In this document: piece after piece, positions 8,705 through 19,630 of the stretch
Layout: each line of letters starts with the position of its first letter
How positions within the stretch are numbered: the first letter of the stretch is position 1
NCBI GenBank assembly: GCA_029218505.1
Contig: JAQXRL010000062.1
Span: 1-36,160, forward strand
Direction of reading: 5' to 3'
Origin: Eubacteriales bacterium
GTDB lineage: Bacteria; Bacillota; Clostridia; Christensenellales; Aristaeellaceae
Length of the DNA: 36,160 bases
Notes under the pieces: generated by a model
Seen by the model: only the letters and a program-made list of their open reading frames with translations
Databases searched by the model: none
Told to the model about the DNA's origin: nothing
Translations under genes and position numbers: made by a program

Positions 8705-9604
8705 CTATATTTCTCCCTGCAGCCGTCCGTCATGGTCATCGTAAACGTCCCCGCCAATCGCGTCCACCAGCACCGTGCGAACATTGCCCTTGCGCGCATC
8801 GCGAATGGAAAACGCCCAGCAGAGCGTCATCGTTTCATCCTGGGAAAACACATTTGCAAACACCGGCTGAATCCCCACCAGCGCATCCTCCGGATCATCA
8901 AAGGAAGTACAGATATGCTCCGGATCGATATTTCCCGCCGCATGGTTCAGGGAATGCAGCGCCTGCTCCGCCGTAATGTATTCCGGCGTTCTGTCGCCGT
9001 CTGCGGGTACATATGCATGCCAACGCAAGTTTACATGGGCGACCCCATAGGAATAATATGCCGCCTCGATTGCGCTTTCATGCGCAAATACGCCGGGTTC
9101 CACTTGCTGCGCCCATTGGAACGCATAATATCGATCCGTAGGCACGCCATCTTCGTCAAAGCTGCCGTATTGCGGCAGAGGATGCTCCAGCATTTCCGCA
9201 GGCAGCCATGCGCGCAAAAACGCCTCCGCCTGTCCAAACGCCCGATCGCTGCCGCCGATTTCCGCTTGCGCCGGCGTTTTTTCATTGTATTCCCACAGAT
9301 AAAACGCGGCATCCTCCTCTACGTACAAGTCTTCCCGAAACCTTCCCCTAGGATTGTCTGCCGCTGCCAGGGTGTAACGAACGCCCAACTCGTCGGATTG
9401 CTTCGACCAGGGCAGGCCGGCCCACAATGCGCCGGCCAGGGCGTCTCCATCCGGCAAGGCCGGTTCTGCACGATAGGCATGGTGCGTCAGCACTGGCATG
9501 TCGGGAAATTCCTGATCCCAGGAATAACACACCGTGCCGGTTTCCGCCAGCGCGCACATTGGCAGGAGCAGCGCCGCACACAGCGCAAGGATTCTTTTCA
9601 TCAT
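8705..9604 (-). CDS. Exported hypothetical protein with a possible C-terminal PepSY-like domain
   Basis: 299 aa. GGAGG lies 8 nt upstream of the ATG. The signal peptide MMKRILALCAALLLPMCALA is probably cleaved before ETG. The C-terminal segment ITAEQALHSLNHAAG...TLCWAFSIRD...RTVLVDAIGGDVYDD resembles the PepSY pattern. No other family was recognised. Confidence 0.75.
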   Translation of the reverse strand: MMKRILALCAALLLPMCALAETGTVCYSWDQEFPDMPVLTHHAYRAEPALPDGDALAGALWAGLPWSKQSDELGVRYTLAAADNPRGRFREDLYVEEDAAFYLWEYNEKTPAQAEIGGSDRAFGQAEAFLRAWLPAEMLEHPLPQYGSFDEDGVPTDRYYAFQWAQQVEPGVFAHESAIEAAYYSYGVAHVNLRWHAYVPADGDRTPEYITAEQALHSLNHAAGNIDPEHICTSFDDPEDALVGIQPVFANVFSQDETMTLCWAFSIRDARKGNVRTVLVDAIGGDVYDDHDGRLQGEI

Positions 9605-9937
9605 GTGATCGCCCTCCGTGTTTCAAGATTGTTTAAGCATTAGACGGCTCCTTCCAGAAGATGGTTCCGCCAAACAGGAGGACGAACTGTGCCCGCAATC
9701 CTGGCACAAAGCTGCCGGAAATCACAGCCACCCGTTCAGGGATGGCTTTCCTCAGCCCCGTCAGGGCCGATTACCCTCTTAAGAAGGCATAGAAGGATTG
9801 TCCACCACACGCGGTCCCGATGGTTGCCAAACGGGGGGGTTTGCCAACGAGGGCGCCCGGCCGCTTGCAATCTGTGGATTTGCGGCCAACGGCCGGGACG
9901 GGAACACATTTTCCCGCAAACGCAAGCGTTTGCTCTT

Positions 9938-9976
9938 GAAAAAACGCCAGAAATGACGTGCATGCCGTCATTTCTG
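9938..9976 (-). terminator. Intrinsic terminator downstream of pnp
   Basis: On the minus strand: CAGAAATGACG-gcaugca-CGTCATTTCTG (9976-9948), followed by CGUUUUUUC (A run 9939-9944 on the plus strand). It lies ~180 nt after the pnp stop, with two smaller hairpins in between. Confidence 0.6.
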
Positions 9977-10153
9977 ATGAAAATGCTTCCTGCCGCTACT
10001 TTGTCAATGCTCTGAAGTCGCATCTGCGATGTGGCTTCATGTCCCTGTTCCATTGGAGGGTGCGTCGATTCGGCGAACAAAGAAATCAAATCCGCCGAAC
10101 GAATCGCCGGATTTGATGAAACGGTTGCCGCACGGATCTGCGGCACGGGCCTC

Positions 10154-12325
10154 CTAGCGGCGCGGCGGCCTTCCGCCATGATCGCCAGAACGATGTTCTC
10201 CGTCCCGGCGCGGCGGTCTGCGCACCGGCATGGACTCGTCGTCATAGACGATATCGCTGCGCACCAGGTTGATGCGACCCTGGCTGTCGATTTCTGCAAC
10301 GCGGCAATCCAACGTATCGCCGATTTTTACCACGTCCTCCACCTTTTCCACGCGGCCATTGGCCAGCTTGGAAATGTGAATCATGCCGTCCTTGCCAGGC
10401 GCGTATTCCACAAATGCGCCAAAGGGCATGATGCGCACCACAGTGCCGGTAAACACATCACCCACCTGCAAATCCTTGGCAATGCCTTCGATGATGGATT
10501 TCGCGCGCTTGGCCGCGGCGTCGTCCTGCGTGGCAATAAACACGCTGCCGTCGTCCTCAATGTCGATCTTCACGCCGGTGTCTTCAATAATCTTATTGAT
10601 GGTCTTTCCGCGCGGACCCACAACCTCGCCAATCTTCTCGGGATTGATGAAGAAATGAATGATCTTCGGCGCATATTTGCTCAAGTTGGCTCTGGGCGCA
10701 GGAATGACTTCCAGCATTTTGCCCAGAATATGCATGCGGCCGTCATACGCTTGTGCCAACGCCTGGCGCAGAATTGCTTCATCAATTCCCTTGATCTTGA
10801 TGTCCATCTGAATGGCGGTAATGCCGTTGGCCGTGCCTGCCACCTTGAAGTCCATGTCCCCCAGGAAATCTTCCAATCCCTGAATGTCCGTCAACACGGC
10901 CACTTTGCCGGTATTGTCCGTATCCTTAATCAAGCCCAGGGCCACGCCCGCGACAGGAGCCTTGATGGGCACGCCCGCGTCCATCAGCGCCAGAGTAGAG
11001 CCGCACACAGACGCCTGAGAAGTGCTGCCGTTGGAAGACATGACTTCGCTGACCAGGCGCAGGCAATAGGGAAACTGTTCCACGGAGGGGATCACGGGCT
11101 CCAGAGCGCGCTCCGCCAAGGCGCCGTGCCCGATCTCGCGGCGGCCCGGAGAGCGGATGGGCTTGGCTTCGCCGGTGGAATAACCCGGGAAGTTATAATG
11201 GTGCATATAGCGCTTTGTGTCTTGCGTGCCGATGCTATCCAGAACCTGTTGTTCGGACATTGGCGCAAGGGTTGCAACGGTCATCACCTGGGTTTGGCCG
11301 CGAGTAAACACGCCGGAACCATGGGCTCTGGGCAACACGCTGGTTTCACACCAAATCGGACGCACTTCGGTCAGTTTTCTGCCGTCGGGACGCACGCCGT
11401 CGTCAATGATGTGCCGGCGCATGATTTCCTTTTCCAACGCATACAGGGCGTCGCCCACTTCCACCTCGCGTCCGGCAAATTCTTCCGCAAAGCGCTGGGC
11501 AACCTCCTCCTTCACCTGCTCCTCGCGAAGGTTGCGCTCGCCGCGGTCAAACGTGGCAAACATCCATTGCACTTTGTCATATGCAAATTCCCGCACGGCG
11601 GCCTTTACGTCGTCCCCGGGAATCTCCAGCGGGAATTCCTTCTTGGGCTTGCCGATTTCCGCCACAATGCCGCCAATGAACGCGACGATCTTTTTCACTT
11701 CTTCATGGGCAAACAAAATGCCGCCCAGCATGATCTCCTCGGATACTTCCTTCGCGCCCGCTTCCACCATCAGCACCGCTTCGCTGGTTCCGGCCACGGT
11801 AAGATTCAGCGTAGAAGCTTCCCGTTGCGCCACGGTGGGATTGATGACATATTGTCCGTCCACATAGCCAACGTTCACCGCACCGATGGGCCCTGCCCAG
11901 GGAATTTGGGACGTGGCGATGGCAGCGGAAGCGCCGATCATCGCGGGAATATCGGGAATATTGTCCTGTTCCACGGACATCACCGTGGCCACAACCGCGA
12001 CGTCATGCCGCATTCCTTTGGGGAACAGCGGACGCAGCGGACGATCAATCAAACGGGAAGTCAGAATCGCTTTTTCGCCCGGACGGCCTTCTCTGCGATT
12101 CCAGGAACCCGGAATATGGCCGACAGAATACAGCTTCTCTTCATAATCCACGCTCAGCGGGAAAAAATCAATTCCCGGACGGGGCGTGTCGGCCACCGTG
12201 CAGTTCACCAGCACGCAGGTGTCGCCATAGCGCACGAACGTGGAACCGCTGGCCTGTTCGGCATACTTGCCGAATTCGAGCGTGAGCGGTCGTCCGCCCA
12301 ACTCCATGGTATAACTCTTGAACAT
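10154..12325 (-). CDS. pnp: Polyribonucleotide nucleotidyltransferase (PNPase)
   Basis: 723 aa. GGAGGG lies 6 nt upstream of the ATG. It has two RNase PH-like halves, then KH (FINPEKIGEVVGPRGKTINKI) and S1 (VGDVFTGTVVRIMPFGAFVEY) domains, then a short Arg/Pro-rich tail. It sits directly downstream of rpsO, as is typical. Confidence 0.98.
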   Translation of the reverse strand: MFKSYTMELGGRPLTLEFGKYAEQASGSTFVRYGDTCVLVNCTVADTPRPGIDFFPLSVDYEEKLYSVGHIPGSWNRREGRPGEKAILTSRLIDRPLRPLFPKGMRHDVAVVATVMSVEQDNIPDIPAMIGASAAIATSQIPWAGPIGAVNVGYVDGQYVINPTVAQREASTLNLTVAGTSEAVLMVEAGAKEVSEEIMLGGILFAHEEVKKIVAFIGGIVAEIGKPKKEFPLEIPGDDVKAAVREFAYDKVQWMFATFDRGERNLREEQVKEEVAQRFAEEFAGREVEVGDALYALEKEIMRRHIIDDGVRPDGRKLTEVRPIWCETSVLPRAHGSGVFTRGQTQVMTVATLAPMSEQQVLDSIGTQDTKRYMHHYNFPGYSTGEAKPIRSPGRREIGHGALAERALEPVIPSVEQFPYCLRLVSEVMSSNGSTSQASVCGSTLALMDAGVPIKAPVAGVALGLIKDTDNTGKVAVLTDIQGLEDFLGDMDFKVAGTANGITAIQMDIKIKGIDEAILRQALAQAYDGRMHILGKMLEVIPAPRANLSKYAPKIIHFFINPEKIGEVVGPRGKTINKIIEDTGVKIDIEDDGSVFIATQDDAAAKRAKSIIEGIAKDLQVGDVFTGTVVRIMPFGAFVEYAPGKDGMIHISKLANGRVEKVEDVVKIGDTLDCRVAEIDSQGRINLVRSDIVYDDESMPVRRPPRRDGEHRSGDHGGRPPRR

Positions 12326-12616
12326 CGTTTTCCCTCCTTCAGGGCATTCTCTCTATATCATTTTTCATTGATACCAAATTCATGATGGCGGCAACAACCG
12401 CCGGGCAGATATGCCGGAAAGCGCAAAGCATTGCTCCAACAGGCGGGATGGAGCGCCCCGATGGCCTTTATTCTAACCCAAAACCACAAAAACAACGGCA
12501 GAACGCGGAACTTTTCGCTTGCATCGCCTTTTGCGATCCTTGCATGAAACGCCGCCGCCGGGATAGCCCCGAACGACGGCGCTCGATCCGCTACGCGAAC
12601 GTTCCAAAGCGCAGCA

Positions 12617-12877
12617 TTACTTACGCAGACCCAACTTCGCAATCAGCGCACGATAGCTTTCAATGTCCGTGGATTTCAGATAATCCAACAAACCACGGCG
12701 CTGACCAACCATCAGCAGCAAGCCGCGGCGGCTGTGGTGGTCCTTCTTGTGCTCCTTCAAATGGTCGTTCAGGTGGTTGATGCGCGCGGTGAGCAACGCA
12801 ATTTGCACTTCGGGAGATCCGGTATCGCCCTCATGGCGGCCATAGGTATTGATGATTTCCTGCTTGTTGATAACCAT
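12617..12877 (-). CDS. rpsO: 30S ribosomal protein S15
   Basis: 86 aa. Contains [51 protein letters not shown] lies upstream of the ATG. Confidence 0.98.
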   Translation of the reverse strand: MVINKQEIINTYGRHEGDTGSPEVQIALLTARINHLNDHLKEHKKDHHSRRGLLLMVGQRRGLLDYLKSTDIESYRALIAKLGLRK

Positions 12878-12985
12878 AGATTCATTCCTCCTGTTTCGTA
12901 TTCCCGCAAGCCAGGTAAGCCGTCGGAGTTCTCGACAAACCGGGCAAGCGGATCATTTCGGCAGAACCATTCTACCACGGATACT

Positions 12986-13014
12986 ATTTTATCATACGCA
13001 GAAGGGTTTGTAAA
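12986..13014 (-). promoter_or_regulatory. Putative rpsO promoter
   Basis: Minus strand: TTTACA (13014-13009), 17-nt spacer, TAAAAT (12991-12986). This leaves a ~105-nt leader before the rpsO ATG, which could hold an S15 autoregulatory structure (inference only). Confidence 0.45.
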
Positions 13015-13046
13015 TGCGGAAAGCGGCGGATTTTTCTAATTTCAGG

Positions 13047-13604
13047 TTAAACATCCAAGTTCATCAACCTTTGCGCGCGTTCTTCCTGGCCGTTTTCCAA
13101 AAGAGTCCGAATCAACGTGGAAGAAACGCGCTCACCATGATCCAGCACGGGTTCCACAATTTCCGGCACATATCCCATTTCGCCTGCAAGGCTGCGAATC
13201 ATATCCACGTTGCCTGCCGCATCTTTGCCGAACGTATAGTTAAACCCCGCCACAACCGCCTTTGCCCGCATTCCTTCCACAAAGGAACGCAAAAAATCCT
13301 CCGCCGGCATATCCGCCAATTCCCGGGTGAACGGCTTCACCAACGCCCAATCTGCGCCAAGGGCCTGGATTTTCTCCAGCCGCTGCTGCGTCGTCAACAA
13401 CATGCGCACCTTCTTTTCGGGAAACAACACGCTGACGGGATGCCGGTCAAAGGTGCACACCACGCTTTGAGCGCTCATTTGTCTGGCCAGCGCCACCGCC
13501 CGGCGAATCAGCGCTTGATGCGCCTCATGCACGCCGTCAAACATTCCCAGCGCCAGCACGGACGCTTTGCCCGTGAAGTCCGCTTCGTTGTAAATCACCC
13601 GCAT
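13047..13604 (-). CDS. ribF: FMN adenylyltransferase (FAD synthetase) domain protein: RibF N-terminal half only, with no riboflavin kinase domain
   Basis: 185 aa. It has the nucleotidyltransferase motif LALGMFDGVHEAHQAL and later SSTLIR. The protein stops (LLENGQEERAQRLMNLDV*) where bifunctional RibF normally continues into the kinase domain. Only 169 nt remain before rpsO. Confidence 0.85.
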   Translation of the reverse strand: MRVIYNEADFTGKASVLALGMFDGVHEAHQALIRRAVALARQMSAQSVVCTFDRHPVSVLFPEKKVRMLLTTQQRLEKIQALGADWALVKPFTRELADMPAEDFLRSFVEGMRAKAVVAGFNYTFGKDAAGNVDMIRSLAGEMGYVPEIVEPVLDHGERVSSTLIRTLLENGQEERAQRLMNLDV

Positions 13605-13607
13605 TGC

Positions 13608-14510
13608 TTACTCCGTTCTCAGCAGCATCGCGCGGAACTTTACCGATCCGTCCGGCATCGGCTGTCCCACGCCAGCAAACCTGTCCTCCAGATAGATCCG
13701 CACGGGATCGTCCTGTATGCCAACCGGCCTGTCCAGCCACGCGCTTTTCAACAAATTTCCGTTCTTGACCGCATGCGCGCATCGATCGCCGGAAACCGTC
13801 ACTCGCCGCATCGACGCCAACGGCGCATCCATGGGCAGCAGCGCCGCCTCCAACGCGCCTGTCTGCGCCAAATGATCGATCTCCTCCAGCGTCAGCGCAT
13901 CTTCAATGGAAAAAATGCCGGCCGATATGCGTCGCAGCGACGCCATGTGCCCGCCGCACCCCAGTGCCTGGCCAATATCATGACATAAGGTGCGAATATA
14001 CACTCCTCTGCCACATCGAACGCGAATGGCATAGCGGTTTTCGCCTGTCTGCCCCAGGGACACGATCTCATCCACGCGACAGGGACGCGGCGCAATTTCC
14101 ACCGTTTCTCCCTTTCGCGCCAGCGCATACAGCCGCTTCCCGTCCTTCTTGATGGCGGAATACATGGGCGGAACCTGCATAATCTCTCCCACGAACGCAT
14201 TCAGCACCGATTTCAGCGCGTCCTCTCCGCACCGCACCGTTTCCCTGCGCACAACTTGTCCCGTGGCGTCCTGGGTGTCCGTTTCCACGCCCAGCTGAAC
14301 TTCCGCCACATAGGTCTTTTGCTTGTCCACAATATAATCGAACAGCCGCGTTGCCGCGCCCACGCATACGGGCAGCACGCCGCTGGCTTCCGGATCCAGC
14401 GTTCCGCCATGGCCTACCGCCGTTCCACGGGGCAGTCGCTTCCGCACATATAACACGACATCCGAAGACGTGCGTCCCAGCGGCTTGTCCACAATCAAAA
14501 ACCCGTTCAT
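13608..14510 (-). CDS. truB: tRNA pseudouridine(55) synthase
   Basis: 300 aa. Contains GFLIVDKPLGRTSSDVV and GHGGTLDPEASGVLPVCVG (catalytic Asp motif). It sits in the conserved position between rbfA/nrnA and ribF. Confidence 0.95.
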   Translation of the reverse strand: MNGFLIVDKPLGRTSSDVVLYVRKRLPRGTAVGHGGTLDPEASGVLPVCVGAATRLFDYIVDKQKTYVAEVQLGVETDTQDATGQVVRRETVRCGEDALKSVLNAFVGEIMQVPPMYSAIKKDGKRLYALARKGETVEIAPRPCRVDEIVSLGQTGENRYAIRVRCGRGVYIRTLCHDIGQALGCGGHMASLRRISAGIFSIEDALTLEEIDHLAQTGALEAALLPMDAPLASMRRVTVSGDRCAHAVKNGNLLKSAWLDRPVGIQDDPVRIYLEDRFAGVGQPMPDGSVKFRAMLLRTE

Positions 14511-15475
14511 GTCCTCACCGCCGCGCGCGCCTTCTCCAGCGCAATTTTCAACGCTTCCTTCACGGGCACATCCATCGACACGCCCGCAGCGTTTGCGTGG
14601 CCACCGCCGCCCAAGGGCACCGCCACATCCCGCGCCACATCATATCCTTTGGCCGAACGCAGGGACAATTTCGCTCCACGTCCCCGTTGTTCCGCCAAAA
14701 TTCCAATCTTGACGCCGGAAATCTCCACCAAGTAATTGACGATTCCCTCGTTTTCTTCCCGGGACGCGCCCGCCCGTGCCAACATTTCTTCCGTCAGCAC
14801 AGCGCTGGCAATCTTCCCTTCACATTCCACCGACAGCCCGCCCAGCACCAGGCCCAGCAATCGGGTTCTGGCCTCCGTCCTGGTGCGATACAGCATTTTT
14901 GTCAAGTATTCCGGTTCCGCGCCCGCATCCACGCATTCCGCAGCAGCGCGCATGGTATTTCCCGTGGTGTTGGCGTATCCAAACTGACCACAGTCCGTGC
15001 AAATGGCGGTATACAGCCACGATGCCATCTCCGGGGTGATAAAAACGCCCAATTTCTTGATCAGCGCCAGCGCCAACTCTCCGGTGGCGGCGCGCTGGGC
15101 ATCCACGCAATTCACCCGGCCGAATCCAGGGTTTGTGCCGTGATGGTCCAACACCGCCGTGTCCTTCGCGGCGCGAAACATCCCTTCGCCGTCTCCCAGC
15201 CGGGCAATGTCCGCTACATCCACCGCCATGGCGCTTTCGGGCAGAAAGTCCATCTCCTTCGGACTGCCGACAAACTCTCCCGCACGAGGCAGAAAGGCGT
15301 ACAGTTTCGCCAATCCACCGGGCAGGTATGCCGCCGCGCGCTTTCCCATGGCCTCCGCGGCCAGTTTCAACGCCATGACAGAGCCGGAAGCGTCCCCGTC
15401 CGGAAACACATGCCCCATCAGCACCAAATTCTGCGACGCGGCAAACCATTCCGCCATTTTTTCAATGCTCGCCAT
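14507..15475 (-). CDS. nrnA: DHH/DHHA1 family phosphoesterase (NrnA-like oligoribonuclease/pAp phosphatase)
   Basis: 322 aa. Contains GHVFPDGDASGS, VLDHHGTNPGFG and GGGGHANAAG. It overlaps the truB start by 4 nt. Confidence 0.85.
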   Translation of the reverse strand: MASIEKMAEWFAASQNLVLMGHVFPDGDASGSVMALKLAAEAMGKRAAAYLPGGLAKLYAFLPRAGEFVGSPKEMDFLPESAMAVDVADIARLGDGEGMFRAAKDTAVLDHHGTNPGFGRVNCVDAQRAATGELALALIKKLGVFITPEMASWLYTAICTDCGQFGYANTTGNTMRAAAECVDAGAEPEYLTKMLYRTRTEARTRLLGLVLGGLSVECEGKIASAVLTEEMLARAGASREENEGIVNYLVEISGVKIGILAEQRGRGAKLSLRSAKGYDVARDVAVPLGGGGHANAAGVSMDVPVKEALKIALEKARAAVRT

Positions 15476-15824
15476 GGGTTTTTCCCTCAGTCTCCTTCAG
15501 GATGCGGTCGATCTTCGCCGCATACTCAATGTTGGTATCCAGTTCAAAGATCAGTTCGGGCACGTACCGCAAATCCACCGCTTTGCCCAATTCTCTGCGA
15601 ATAAATCCCGACGCTTTCTTCAGCGCTTCCATCATTTCCTTGCGGCGGTCTTCTTCCAAAATGGAAATGCGCACCTTGCAGTAACGCAAATCCCGCGTAA
15701 CGTCCGCGCGCAAAATCGACCACGTGCCGCCGATTCTCGGGTCATTTAATCCGTCGCGGATAATCTTGTCCAATTCTCTTCGCACTTCTTCCGAAATGCG
15801 GTCTATGCGATCAAATGCCGCCAT
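15462..15824 (-). CDS. rbfA: Ribosome-binding factor A
   Basis: 120 aa counted from the ATG at 15824 (MAAFDRIDRISEEVRRELDKII...), with AGGAGG 6 nt upstream. The track ORF extends to 15974, but that extension has no support. Confidence 0.93.
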   Translation of the reverse strand: MAAFDRIDRISEEVRRELDKIIRDGLNDPRIGGTWSILRADVTRDLRYCKVRISILEEDRRKEMMEALKKASGFIRRELGKAVDLRYVPELIFELDTNIEYAAKIDRILKETEGKTHGEH

Positions 15825-15907
15825 GTCCCGCCTCCTGTTTTCTCCGGCAATGTTGTCCGGGCCTTTTCCGTTCGGACAGTTCCGACGTTCTGTCCTGTAC
15901 GGAAAGC

Positions 15908-15934
15908 GGGCGGGCGTTCGTGGAACACCCGCCC
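15908..15934 (-). other. Strong intercistronic stem-loop between infB and rbfA
   Basis: Minus strand: GGGCGGGUGUUC-cac-GAACGCCCGCCC, 12 bp including one G-U, followed by GCUUUCC. It could be a partial terminator or a processing/stability element. Confidence 0.5.
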
Positions 15935-15987
15935 GAATTTCGTTCTTTCTATGTTCAATCCGCTGTTCAAGCAAGCGGCTCTGCCGG

Positions 15988-18990
<3,003 letters not shown>

Positions 18991-19043
18991 TCCCTTCTTA
19001 CACCCCCGATAGTCGTCTGTATGATGTCACAATGAACGCAAAC

Positions 19044-19349
19044 TTATGCGTCCGGCTGGCCCGAAAGCCGAATCAGGCTTTGGGCAAATCCGGGATCCGT
19101 CACCGCCACAGCCATTCTGCCGGGCTTGCCGATGGCGATTCCCAAGGCGTTTTCCTGCGTCCGAATCAACGGAATCCGGCGATAGGCGCAGGCATCCGTT
19201 ACGGATTTGGTGGCGTTTGCAGCGGCCGCAGCATCCAGCAGGACGCAATGCGCGCTTCCTCCGCGAACGGCGGCCACCACCGCCTTTTCGCCGCTAATCA
19301 GCTTTCCTGCGCGGGCGCACAGCCCCAGCAGGGACAAAAGCCGCGTCAT
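19044..19349 (-). CDS. ylxQ: L7Ae/L30e family RNA-binding protein (YlxQ-like)
   Basis: 101 aa. Contains LLGLCARAGKLISGEKAVVAAVRGG...VLLDAAAAANATK...ALGIAIGKPGRMAVAVTD. It sits in the conserved position between ylxR and infB. Confidence 0.85.
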   Translation of the reverse strand: MTRLLSLLGLCARAGKLISGEKAVVAAVRGGSAHCVLLDAAAAANATKSVTDACAYRRIPLIRTQENALGIAIGKPGRMAVAVTDPGFAQSLIRLSGQPDA

Positions 19350-19630
19350 GATTCCTCCGCGCTTGTCCGGGCGATTTGCTCCGCCAAAGTATCAAACACT
19401 TCCGGCGCAATCTTTGCCTCCAGCGCGCGCTCCAAGGCCTTTGATTTCTGGGCCTTTTTCAAACATTCCGCACAGGGACACACATATGCTCCCCGACCGG
19501 AGGCCTTGCCCGTGCGGTCAATGGCACATTCGCCTTCGGCGGGCTTCACCACGCGCAGAAGCTCCTTCTTGGGCTTCATCTCGCGGCAGCCCACGCACAT
19601 GCGCATCGGGATTTTCCGCTTGTTTGGCAT
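19346..19630 (-). CDS. ylxR: YlxR/RnpM family (DUF448) RNA-binding protein
   Basis: 94 aa. Contains the family signature PMRMCVGCREMKPKKELLRVV...GRGAYVC. It overlaps the nusA stop by 1 nt and the ylxQ start by 4 nt. Confidence 0.88.
   Translation of the reverse strand: MPNKRKIPMRMCVGCREMKPKKELLRVVKPAEGECAIDRTGKASGRGAYVCPCAECLKKAQKSKALERALEAKIAPEVFDTLAEQIARTSAEES

Noticed and set aside
9741-9776. Minus-strand GGGUAAUCG-hairpin-GAGGAAAGCCAUCC, reminiscent of the P2-P3-P4 region of RNase P RNA
   Set aside because: A full RNase P RNA (roughly 350-400 nt) would have to run about 200 nt into the exported-protein CDS, which has a convincing RBS and signal peptide. The conserved GAGGAAAGUCC lacks its U, and I could find no matching P4 3' strand or P1 closure. 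The resemblance is probably coincidental; only cmscan could settle it.
10031-12385. 784-aa plus-strand ORF opposite pnp
   Set aside because: It has the same artefact signature: no RBS, no recognisable domains, junk-like composition. The minus strand unambiguously encodes PNPase.
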